NCBI GenBank assembly: GCA_025603075.1 | Contig: MU626272.1 | Location: 124,001-188,000, forward strand | Source: Neoconidiobolus thromboides FSU 785 | Lineage: Eukaryota > Fungi > Entomophthoromycota | DNA: 64,000 nucleotides | Direction of reading: 5' to 3' | Shown: piece after piece, positions 51,905-63,422 of the stretch | How positions within the stretch are numbered: the stretch's first letter is position 1 | Layout: each line of letters starts with the position of its first letter | Notes under the pieces: model-generated | What the model was told of the DNA's origin: nothing | Databases searched by the model: none | Seen by the model: only the letters and a program-made list of their open reading frames with translations | Program-made: the position numbers and the translations under genes

Positions 51905-52855
51905 ATGCCTTTTTCATTACATAGTCATTCGGGTGAGTTTTGTCATCATGGAGAAGGTACTTTAGAATCTATGATATTAAAAGCTATAGAAAAGCAATAT
52001 TTAATTTATGGAATATCTGAACATGTACCTAGGTTTAATAAGTGTCATTTTTATCCAGAAGAACAAGATTTATCAGAAAATGATTTATTACAATTGTTTC
52101 AAGGTTATATTAGAGAAGCTAATCGATTAAAACTCAAATATCAACATCAAATTGAAATATTGATTGGTGCAGAAACAGAAAATTTAGGTATGGAATATTT
52201 AACGCAATTAAAGGAATTGTTAAAGGAAAATCAAGTAGATTATTTAGTTGGTTCTATTCATCATGTTAATAATATACCCATCGATTTTAATCAAGAATTG
52301 TATAATGAAGCACTAAAAACTCACAATAATAACTATGAAACTTTATTTTTAACTTATTTTCAGCAACAATATGAAATGATATGTCAATTAAAACCAAGAG
52401 TTATTGGTCATTTTGATTTGATTCGATTATTTTGTCCGAAAGATAAAGATTATCATGTTAAATTTCCAAATACTGTTTATAAAGCAATTAAAAGGAATAT
52501 ACAATTAGTAGTGGATTATGATGGTTTATTTGAAATTAATACAGCTGGTTTTAAAAAAGGATTGAATTCGGCTTATCCATTTCAAGATATCATTAGTTTA
52601 ATTTTAGAATTAAAAGGTAAATTTACTTTAAGTGATGATGCTCATAGACCAAGTGAAGTTGGTCAATATTACAATAAAGAATTAAAAGAGTATTTAATAA
52701 AAATGAAAATTAAAGAATTATATTGTTTTACCAAAAGAAGTAAAGAGCCAATATTTAATGAAGACAATAAACATGATTGTGAGAAACATTTAACTAATCA
52801 ATTGGAGCTTATAAAGTTTAATGATTGGGAAGATATATTAATTGATAAAAATTAA
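51905..52855 (+). CDS. HIS2: Histidinol-phosphatase (PHP family)
   Basis: SLHSHSGEFCHHG, GISEHVPR, LVGSIHHV, VIGHFDLIRLF, EINTAG, LSDDAH. Confidence 0.93.
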   Translation: MPFSLHSHSGEFCHHGEGTLESMILKAIEKQYLIYGISEHVPRFNKCHFYPEEQDLSENDLLQLFQGYIREANRLKLKYQHQIEILIGAETENLGMEYLTQLKELLKENQVDYLVGSIHHVNNIPIDFNQELYNEALKTHNNNYETLFLTYFQQQYEMICQLKPRVIGHFDLIRLFCPKDKDYHVKFPNTVYKAIKRNIQLVVDYDGLFEINTAGFKKGLNSAYPFQDIISLILELKGKFTLSDDAHRPSEVGQYYNKELKEYLIKMKIKELYCFTKRSKEPIFNEDNKHDCEKHLTNQLELIKFNDWEDILIDKN

Positions 52856-53069
52856 ATAAAGTTATTATTATTATTATTAATATAACAAATTTAGTTATAG
52901 ATTTTAAAAAATAATAAAATGAAATAAAAACACATAGTATAAATACATAATTTCTATATTTTTAAAAATTTAAAATGGAAATGAAAACGAAAATTATATA
53001 AAGATCCATTTCACTATTCTCTTAATTTTATCTCGCTTCATTCTATTAAACCTCATTGAATAACCCATT

Positions 53070-55371
53070 CTATACCACCAGATCCAAATCCTCATCACTA
53101 ATATCGAAAACTTCTTCTTCTTCATTCTTCTTTTTCTTTTGATTTTTACTCTTTGAATTATCAATATGATTAATTGGAATTTGTTGATTTTCTAAATAAA
53201 TTGGAGCTACTTTACGTTTCTTTTGTTGTTCACTTTGTTTCTTTTGTAATACAATAGTAGCTTGAATAAAATCTAATTTTGAATTCATTTTAGATAATTC
53301 TTTAATATCTTGACAACGAGCTTCACTAGCTTGAATAAATTGAGCTAATTTATCAGCAGTCCAAGGAATCTAAAAGTTTAAAAAAAGAGTTAATTCATAA
53401 TTTAATTCAGATAAAATAATTTTGAGTTTTAAATAAATAAACTTACCGTCACTAAATAAGAGGAGTATTGAATTAAAATCTCTCTAATCCATTCTAAATG
53501 CTTGATATGCGTTCCTTTTCTTTTACAAATAAGATCAACGAGATATTGAAATAATTGTGGTATATGAAGATCTCCCATATTACTAACTGTTGGGGCAATG
53601 GAACGTACTACTGTACTAGTAATGGTAGCTTCCAATAAATTGATATCATTAGTATGTAATGCTTGTTGCATTACTTTAGCTACTGACTCTTCTAAATTAG
53701 GAATGTTCTTAACGTTTTGAACTTCTTTTTCATTCATTAAGTTAGTAGTGAAAGTATTGGTGATATTATCCGAGTTATTAAGTTTTAACTCGGTTTCTAA
53801 TGCTGATAACTTTTCCCCCATAGTCAATGCAACAGATGCATTAACTCCCTTGGAATTAAATCCTGATTTAATAGTAACTTGATTGGATATCTTAGATAAG
53901 GCATCCTGATATAAAATGTTAATATAAACTATAATTAATAATAATAGAATGTTATATTATATTAAACTTACCAAAGTTTTGTTTTCTTTAAGTAAAGCAC
54001 TTGGATCCACACATTCATAACTAGTAAATTTTTCTTTATAAATTTTTGGAAATTTCTAAATTTAATTAAAAATAAAACTATATTAAAATAATAAATTAGG
54101 AATGTCTTACCAAAGTTTCAAAACTTAAATTCCAAGTATCTCCTCTAGCAACAGTAAAAGATTTACCATTTTCAGCACAAACTACTTGTAATACTGGAAT
54201 TTGAACCTTGGATGGAGTTGTGAATTGAATAGTTGTATTTGGATATCTTTTATCCATTTGTTTCCATCCCTTAGATTTATCTTCATGGGCATAGAATGTT
54301 TTCCATATACCAATGTTACCTTTTTCAGTTACTGATACAACAGTCGAAGAACTGGATAACACTACTTGATAAATTTCATCATCGAGAGTGAGACCTAAAG
54401 AATAGAGAATTAGTTAAAAAATGGTGAAAGAGTTAATTTACCAGTTGGTAAAGTAATGAAGGAATCTTTTTGAGCAAATTTTGTCATTTTATGAACACTT
54501 ATAAACCGATCTTGATGAGCACAAGTGATAAAGGACTTTTGTTTAGAGTTGGCTGAAATGGATTGAATTTTATTAATGTGACCAGGAAGCGACTAAATAA
54601 TAATAAAATTAATATGAAAAAGTTATTTCAATAAAAATAGAAATTACTTTAACCAATTTGCAAGTATCAATATTCCAAACATTAACTGAGTTGCCACCTG
54701 AAATTAAAAATTCATGTTCCTCAAAAGCAGCTAATTTATTAATACTTTCGGAATGAGCTTTCCAAGTACTAAAAATTTAGTTCAATATAAATTTAATTAA
54801 AACTTGAAATCAGTATTAAGTTACTTTAAAAGTTGTCCTGTTCCTAAATTCCATTTAGCAATTTTACCATCCGTTGAACTTGAAAATCCAAATTTTTTAA
54901 AAACTACAAAATCAGTGATAGGCCCGTTATGTGCCTCTGCAAGTTTTAATATAACTTCATTATCAGGTAAGGAGTAGATTAAGATACTTCCATTATCACA
55001 ACACAATACTAATAATTGTTCCTTTTTCTATAAATAAATTATTAACCATTTTTCAAATCCCTTTTTAGAATTATTAATAATAACAATGACCAAAAACTTA
55101 CATGACCAAAACCATCAATAGTACACCATTTTAAATTTCTAATACTTGATTTCGTAGGGGAAATGATATCGAATTCCAACTTATTTTTAATCACATCAAA
55201 TACTTTAATTTTTTGACCAGTAACTGTAGTCACCAAAGAAGCACAATAATTGATTAAATTATCAAATATAATGATTGGTGCTTCATTCACTCTCTTTAAA
55301 GATTCATTATGGATCGCTTGTTTTTTACGCTTTTGAAATAACTCTTTTTCAATTATACTTTTTTTTCCCAT
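53070..55371 (-). CDS. UTP5: U3 snoRNP/t-UTP protein Utp5/WDR43 (WD40 plus Utp12-type C-terminal domain; multi-exon)
   Basis: WD repeats (CCDNGSILIYS, AHNGPITDF, SSSTDGKIAKWNL), QALHTNDINLLE...WIREILIQYSSYL, acidic tail. Confidence 0.82.
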
Positions 55372-55497
55372 CCTTGAAAGCCGATATTAAGATGCAAGTA
55401 TTGATATTAAACAATTTCAAATTCAAGTCTCTACAAATGTTAAGAAAGTGAACCAATTAAAGCTCAAATTTGGGAATAGAATTCAATTATAAGAAAT

Positions 55498-55590
55498 GGG
55501 GATGTATTTTTTGTTGAGAAATCTTACTAATACTTTTTCACTTAAATAGCGTTTAAAAAATGGAAAATTAATGAAACTGAAAAAACACTG
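55498..55590 (+). mobile_element. MITE family A copy 10 (right end decayed)
   Basis: GGGGATGTATTTTTTG...AAATAGCGTTTAAAAAATGGAAAA...AAAAAACAC; possible AAAT/AAAT flanks. Confidence 0.82.
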
Positions 55591-55791
55591 AAATGGAATT
55601 TCGTTATAAAATGAGATGGTTGTATATTAAATGTTTGCTATTGTCACAACTTAGAATAATAAGTTAAAATTATATTTTTAAATAGATGATATATAATCGA
55701 TGATAAATTGTAAATAAAAATGAGACTTACATTTTACTTTTTTAAAATATAAAGTATATTAAATATAAAAAGGATAATAAATAAATAGTAT

Positions 55792-55886
55792 GAGGATATT
55801 TTTTGTGTTTAAGAATTTTAGTAATAATCTTTCTACTCAAATAACGCTTAAAAGATAGAAAAAGTGGAGCTAAAAAAAACGCTCCC
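55792..55886 (+). mobile_element. MITE family A copy 11
   Basis: GAGGATAT...CGCTCCC; flanks GTAT/ATAT. Confidence 0.86.
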
Positions 55887-56240
55887 ATATAATAAAAAGC
55901 AAAAATTGCTTTCTATATAAAGTATTGCTTAAACATTACAAAGCTCACTTTAAAAAAAAGTAAGCTTGTCAGTAAAAGTAATCTTAATTTTAAAATTTTC
56001 AAAATCCAGTAGTTCAAAAAAACCCAAAATTTAAAAACCTATTTATAGCTACTGCAACTCTATTGTGATTCAATTAAATATATATTTAAAAAATTGAATT
56101 TTTGGTAGGTTTTAGAGCCAGCTATTTGTTCATATGTTTTTTTTAAAGCATAACCTCAAATTTTATTGTTACAATAGTGACAGCAAGTTGTATCATAAAA
56201 TTGATTACTTTTAATTAATATAGCACAATAGTCACCATAT

Positions 56241-56338
56241 GAGGATGTTTTTTTTGATTTCATCATTTTTCCATTTTTTAAGCACTGTTTGAGTAGAAAG
56301 ATTGTTACTAAAATTCTTAAACACAAAAAAACATCCCC
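56241..56338 (-). mobile_element. MITE family A copy 12
   Basis: Reverse orientation; GAGGATG...CATCCCC; ATAT/ATAT flanks. Confidence 0.92.
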
Positions 56339-56367
56339 ATATAAACATAAAATGAGTTTATATTATA

Positions 56368-56446
56368 CAGTAATGATTGGAAAATTTTAGTTTTTATGCT
56401 AGGAAAAAACCAGTATAGAAAAATCAAAATTTTCCAATTACCGCTG
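56368..56446. mobile_element. 79-bp inverted-repeat element with TA flanks (Tc1/mariner-like MITE candidate)
   Basis: TA-CAGTAATGATTGGAAAATTTTAGTTTT ... AAAATCAAAATTTTCCAATTACCGCTG-TA; arms of about 27 bp, imperfect. Confidence 0.6.
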
Positions 56447-57454
56447 TAAAGTTAGAGTTTTTATTATCAAAATTATATAAATAATAGAAATCTAGTTTTG
56501 TAGAGAATAAGCATAAATTAGATAGTAATACAAAACATTCGAGAGATGATAAATTAATTTTATGAGTTGGTGCTAAAAAATCCCATGTCCAAAATCAGCC
56601 ATAAGGAGCTGTAAGCTGAACCGTATAAATGAGACCTTTTTGCACAAATCTTACTGCAAAAAAAGATGGATTACAAATCAAACCTAGAAATTCCCAATCA
56701 AACAGAAGATGAGATTAAATATAATGAAGAAACTAATAATCGACAAAATTAATTAAGTTACTAAATAATTTATTTTTATTTTTGTGACTATTTATAAAGA
56801 AAACTATGCAAAGATGGTTGTAAGTTGGTTTCAGAACAATAATTAGATTTTGATATCAAGTTCTAACTTTATTAATAATTAAAATCTAGGTTTTTACATA
56901 TGAAAAATTAAGGGCAGTATTCTAGTAATATTATAAAAATACTCTATTATATTTGTTTAAAAACGGTATCAATCAACTGAGCTAGATGGGATTATATTAT
57001 TAGCTCTGTGAGTTACTTTTTGGTTACTTTATTTACATGACAAATGCTTTATAGCATAATATAAGGTATCAAACCTGATACTTACACTAAATATTTGCTA
57101 TTTTTGAATAATAAAAGAAATCTAAAGACATACCTTCACCAATCATATTATAACCACTTATAATACAAATTCTACTTTAAATAATCATGATAGGGGCTGC
57201 TTAGCATACAGATTGTTCATCTGATATTAAAAGAATGATGACATGAAATAAAGAGTTAGGAAAGATATATTATCATTATAAATTGAAGATATTGAAAACG
57301 TATAAACGAGGATTGAAAAATGGTTCAAAACATTTATTTAATCTAAAAAAAAGGAGTAGTTGGGTTCGTAGATAAAACTAAATGCTTATAGAAGATTTAT
57401 TCATGTTTTGAAATTTAAATAACCCAACTAACAAACTTAGTAGATTCACTAAAT

Positions 57455-58362
57455 TTACTCTTCTGCTTTGGCATCTTGGTTTGCTTCTAATAAATTTATT
57501 AATAATTTAAAATAATACTTATTTTCATTTTTACCTGTGTTATTTTCTTGCATATCAGTGGTCCATAAGGTTAAGTTGTCACGTAAAAGTTGCATTATCA
57601 ATGTGCTATCCTTGTAACTATCTTCATTAAGACTATCTAATTCAGCAATGGCATCATCAAAAGCTTGTTTAGCGAGATGGCAAGCACTATCTGGTGAGTT
57701 TATAATTTCATAATAGAAAACGGAGAAGTTAAGTGCAAGACCAAGACGGATTGGGTGAGTTGGAATAAGATCTTTATTAGCGATTTCAGTGGCCTTCTTG
57801 TAAGCTTCAAGAGAAGCGTCAGCAGAAGCATCACGTTCTTTTTCGGTTAAGAATTCAGCGAGGTAACGGTGGTAATCTCCTTTCCTGTAAAAATTAGTAA
57901 GCATTTAAAAAAATGGTTTAAAATTAATTACATTTTGTAATAGAAAACGAGACATTCTCCGGTCTTGGCATAAGGGATAAGGAGGTCATCGAGTACTTTA
58001 AGAATATCATTACAGATATCTGAAAGTTCATTTTCAATCTTTTTGCGGTATTCCACAATTCTAGTAACGTTTTCAGCGTTTCCTTTTGAGTCTTCTCTGC
58101 TTTCAATTGATGAGACAATTCTCCAGGAAGCACGACGAGTACCAATAACGTTCTTATAAGCAACAGAAAGTAAGTTACGTTCTTCAACAGTAAGTTCTTG
58201 CTTTTCACCAGCTACAGCTTTCATGGACTCCACCATTTCTGGTATTCATTGAGTTAAATAATCAAATAAAATAAAATGAAATAAAAACGAATTACCGTCA
58301 TAACGTTCAGCTTGTTCAGCTAATTTGGCGAGGTAAACGTTTTCGGATCTCTTTGACTCCAT
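57455..58362 (-). CDS. BMH1: 14-3-3 protein (4 exons)
   Basis: [78 protein letters not shown]. Which paralog name applies is arbitrary. Confidence 0.97.
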
Positions 58363-58425
58363 GGTATTAATTTTTAGTTTATCTTTTGAAATAATAGATA
58401 TAAGATGGACTGAAAGTAAATTTAA

Positions 58426-58642
58426 CCAATATTAAATGTCATTTATTTAAAACTAATTGGTTTATTATTCTTATAGTTTATGAACCAATTAAAAGTCAAG
58501 TAGCTGTCACTTTAATCTTTTACGCCAATCAAGGTTCGATTTTATTGTTATGAATGAAGTCGAACCAAAAACTGTGGGGAATTTGGGTAAATCAAACTAG
58601 ACAATGCTAATTTGATAATTTTAAATGGCTGTTTTTTATTGG
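58426..58642. promoter_or_regulatory. Cluster of five CCAAT boxes upstream of the 14-3-3 gene
   Basis: CCAAT/ATTGG at 58426, 58456, 58485, 58525 and 58638. Confidence 0.5.
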
Positions 58643-60261
58643 TCGAACTTACAGATAACTAAGATGTGAATATTATATTATTTACAAGTTTTAAGCCACT
58701 AACATTAAATATAACTATACTATATTATAATATAAACAGACTCATTTTATTAAATTTACATTTGACTATACTGTTGTTATGATAGTGGCTTTATAATAAT
58801 GCGACCTTTTTTATAAAACTTAAAGCATTATTATTAATATATTTTATTATCTTTATAATTACCTCATTAATTCTAATATTAGGTCGTTCCATATGTTTCA
58901 GACACTTTGATTTAAATTTATTGTTAATTTTTTTAACTGAATTTAAAGATTATAAGAATCATGTATATTTATATTCAGATAAAATAAATCAATAACAAAT
59001 TTAACTAAAGATACCTGAAACATATAGAATAGCCTAATAAAACTTAGATGTCATCTTTTCTTAAAAATTTTGCACTAAATGGAATCATTCAACTAAACTA
59101 GAAATAGTTCCTCTTATTTACTTGTATTAGTCTAATAGTTGCACGGACATTTAGGTATTTGTACTGTTGGAAATGTAATAGCTTATAGTTATATCCATGG
59201 TAAATAAATGATAGTTTGAAAGTAACTATCTAAAACTTTTGCGGTCTAATACTTACAAGAATAAATAGAATTATTCTTAGGTATTTTTGTAATTTAAAAT
59301 TTTATGCTTTAGTAGAAAATTCAACAAATATAATTTTGTTGGATAAAATTAATTTATTTTCAACTTATAATTTAAAATATAATAATAGATTGTTATTAAT
59401 TTAATAATTTACAATAGTTTAGAGGTACACTTAGCTACAATATGAGTTAAAGTATTTTCAAAAATACAAAAAGTGATATAGTTATTGCTTATTAGCTCAT
59501 TTCAAATTAATTTAATTGTTTGTGTTTAAATACTGATAGTTTATGTACTGTATTATATTTTAAGTTGTTACAATCATTAAAAAACTTTATAACATTAAAA
59601 TATCTATTTCAAAAAAAACCATAAAATATAAATCTTATAGATCAAAATTTGTATATAATAATTGTTAGCTTGTTTTTGTAACAATGGTATTGATTAAGTT
59701 CTCTTATCTTTTATACGCTAATAAGTAAAATAAAAAATATAATAAAACTAGTTTATGAATGCTATTGTCTTTATATTTTAAACTTGTTATTGTTGTCATT
59801 ATCTCAAATTTAATCGAGTCTATTTAGTATAAGTAGTAACATGCTTTTTATAAGCCACAAGTTGATAATCAAATATTATTATAATTTTTTAATATAATTT
59901 ATAATACTTTCCAAGGCCAAATATTTTCAAGCACATTATTAATGTTTATATAATACTTAACTGTAGTTCTACGTAATTTAGTAACTTAATGGTGGATTAA
60001 AAATTTACTATTGTTATGTAACGTAATAATATTTTGCTCAAGAAAGCTTAATATGTTTTTAATAAGCCATAGTCATCTTGCAAAGAAGAGTCTTTGTTAT
60101 ATAAAAAATGATATTTTGATTCATCATTATACCACTATCAATATTATGTAATTATACTAAAATCAAAATAGTCAAGTTTATTAGAAAATGTTTTAATTGA
60201 ATGCATAAAACAAATGAGGATACTATTCTGAATCTAATGTTAAATGTATTTTTATTATACG

Positions 60262-61769
60262 TTAATTAGATTCTGGTACAATTGTCTTTGGTAAAGTTTC
60301 CTTTAAATCTGCAACTGCATAAATAAATCCTCCTGTCATTGCTGCATTCCTGGCCAATTGCTCTGGCTTAAGAACTTCCATACGATCCCCTGCAGTATGG
60401 TGAAAAGTAAAATAGCTTAAAGTGGAATTATTCTCAGTTTTTGATGATAGTGATGCACAAGGAATTCCTCTTGAGCATAAATATGAAATGTCAGCATCTC
60501 CACCTTGGGTTTCTAAATAAAGTATTTAAAGCTGAATAATAAAAAGGGAGAAATTTTACCTTTAACGCCCCCAAAAGTCGTATGCCCTAACAACTCTTTA
60601 CCAATCGAAGTAAAAATAGCAGTAGCTTCGCTATTTCCAGAGAAAGCAAACCCATATGGTTCAAAAGCTCCGGAATCCGATTCCATGGCAAGAACATGAT
60701 TTTCTAAATTATTTATATTTTCTTGGTAGTATGTTTTACCACCAGCTATCCCAGCTTCTTCATTTGTCCAAAATATAGCACGGAGAGTACGACGAGGCTT
60801 AAGCCCGAGGTTAACTATTTGACGAAGTACTTCCCAACCGATAAAAGCACCAGCGGCGTCATCCATAGCACCAACGCCAACATCCCAAGAATCAATATGA
60901 CCGCTTAAAATAACGATTTCATTTGACTTTTCACTTCCTTTGATCTCAAGGATCAAGTTACGTGTCTTAGCTTTACCTTTTTCTAGCGTGGCTCCCATCT
61001 TTAAGGTAAGTTTTGGCTCTTTATAAATATTGCACTTATGGTTACCATTTTCTTTTGCTCTTTTTTGAATTCTGGTTAACATTTGGGCATCTTCTACAGT
61101 GACCACAGCTCCTGGTATTTTTGCTTCTTTCATTGCCCCAGTATGTGGGGTATCAATAGAAAATGGTGTAGCAGCACGAACTAAAGCAGCAACTGCACCA
61201 TAGTTTTCTGATAATGAAGCGCAATTTTGTCGAATATTAGAAGCGGCACCATAACCAGTCCAAGCAAAATTACACAACACAATCTTTTTCTTTAATTCCC
61301 CTTTTTCACCTTTTTCTTTGAGATCATCTTTAGAAACCACGGTGACCACTTCAGCAGTTATACCATCCTTTGGTGTACCAACCGATCTTCCGAGACCTAA
61401 AAAGTTGAGCTTTACATCACCTCTAGTAGGCGAATGATATACTAGAGATTCTTCATTACGTTTCCAATAGTCTGCTGTCACATTTTGGGTATATGCTATC
61501 AACCCATCCTTTCTGGCTTGCTTTTGTATCCAGTCAATAGAGTCTTCTAACGCCTTTGAGCCAGTTATGCGATGCCCATACAAGTCTGTCATTTCAGCTA
61601 ATCGATCCCAGATTATGGTGTTATTTTGGGTTGACGCTAACAATCTGTTAACGTTATCTTTAAGATAGGATAAAGTTGGAATTTTAAATTCTTTTTGGAC
61701 ATTCTGAGAATAAGCGATATTGGAATAAATCAGTGCTACACAAAAGTTAGAAGCAGTATTGAACTTCAT
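60262..61769 (-). CDS. Secreted M28 metallopeptidase with PA domain, carboxypeptidase Q/PGCP-like (2 exons)
   Basis: RLAEMTDLYGHRITGS, AALVRAATPFSIDTPHTG, GHIDSWDVGVGAMDD, NEEAG, MESDSG, YFTFHHTAGD. Confidence 0.9.
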
Positions 61770-63044
61770 TTGTTAACAATGATGATAAATTTTATTTAAT
61801 GTTGATCTATTTTAAATCTTTTTATATTGTTTTAAATTACTATACCATTATATTTAGTTCAGCCCCTAATCATCTTTTTTAAACCAGATTTACTCTTCTA
61901 CTTATAATGTTATTCACTTAAACAAGGATTTTTTGACTCAATAAATGACCAAGATGTCTCCAATAATAGAAAGCTAGATTAAAAAAGCGTACTTGTGACA
62001 ATTAAAATGATAAAAGGAATTGATAAAAATGGATAGGTACAGTTTAAGGATGAGTTTGTTTTAATAATACTTTCAAGAAAAGTGTAAATCAAGTATACAT
62101 TTGATTATTTCTAAAAATATGTAATTATACTTTGCTTTGATTAAATAAAGCTGTTAATAATATACTAGTCAAACGACTAACAAGAGTATTATTTATAGTT
62201 TGAAATAATAGTTGCTTTGGATAGCAAGTACATTTATAATGCTGTTTATTTAAATAACATTCCATCAAATTTATATTGATTAAAATTTGTATTTGAACAC
62301 TTATGTATTGTTTATTTTGCTAATTATTTCAAGTTTTTCTCATGACCAGTCAGTCATATTTAAATATTCGCTAAATTTATGATTTTGGAATAAATTTAGA
62401 ATAATTTAGAGTATCATATATTAAAGCTATCATATAAAGTATTATATATTCCATAATTTCCAAAATTTCAACAAAAGACATCTAACTACAATTTGTTCTA
62501 TAATTAATTAAAGTCATATTGCTTATTTTATTTTTGAAAATATATCAGATAACATTTAAACATACAATAGCAGAGTTTGTTGCATTTTTTTATTTTTTTT
62601 GTAAACAAAAACTAATCAACCATGTGCTTATTTGCACTAATATTGTTTTTATCATCGTATCGCCATTAAATCGACTTCAGCTTTAATGTGTTTTTAAAAG
62701 ACTAAAAGTTAAGTTCATTTATGATCTGTTAGTAATTTTCAATATAAATATAAGCGTATAAATAAATTAGTAATATTAATTATACAAATTTTAGGCTTAT
62801 AGCAATTTCATAAAAATCCAGACCCTATGAAACTGTAAATAGTTTAATAGCCACTACATTTTATTCTTACCTTAAATCCTTATTCTCTCAACTGTCTAAA
62901 ATTGTGTTTTTATCCTTGTTTTTTATAACAATCAGAAATAATTAGGTCAGATTATCTTTTATATATCCATTAGTCACTGTTTAATTAATTTTTAGATCAA
63001 ATTTGGAAAATTTCTGTTTAGTATAGGTTTTGATTTCATTATTT

Positions 63045-63142
63045 GGGGATGTTTTTTTTAACTTCATTTTTTTTCCATTTTTTAAGTGCTATTTAAACGA
63101 AAAGTTTGTTAGTAAAATTCTCAAATACAAAAATACATTCCC
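63045..63142 (-). mobile_element. MITE family A copy 13
   Basis: Reverse orientation; non-palindromic ATTT/ATTT direct repeat flanks. Confidence 0.9.
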
Positions 63143-63422
63143 ATTTAGTAAGATCAATAAAATTACTATAATTACACACTATCAAATATCATAATTCCAT
63201 AGCAATAAGTGACAACAATTAAACAATAATGATGATAGACAATTTTATTACGAACTTTGAGCCTTTAAGTAAGAGAGTATTTTGAAATACTAAATGCAAA
63301 GAAACACACAGGCGTTCTATATTTATCACTTATAAAACAGATCTTTCAAACTCAGGACCAAAGGCTTTGTGGTTAATTTTCTTTGATAAGCTTAAAGTAC
63401 TGAGAAGTAAAAGAAGGCAATT

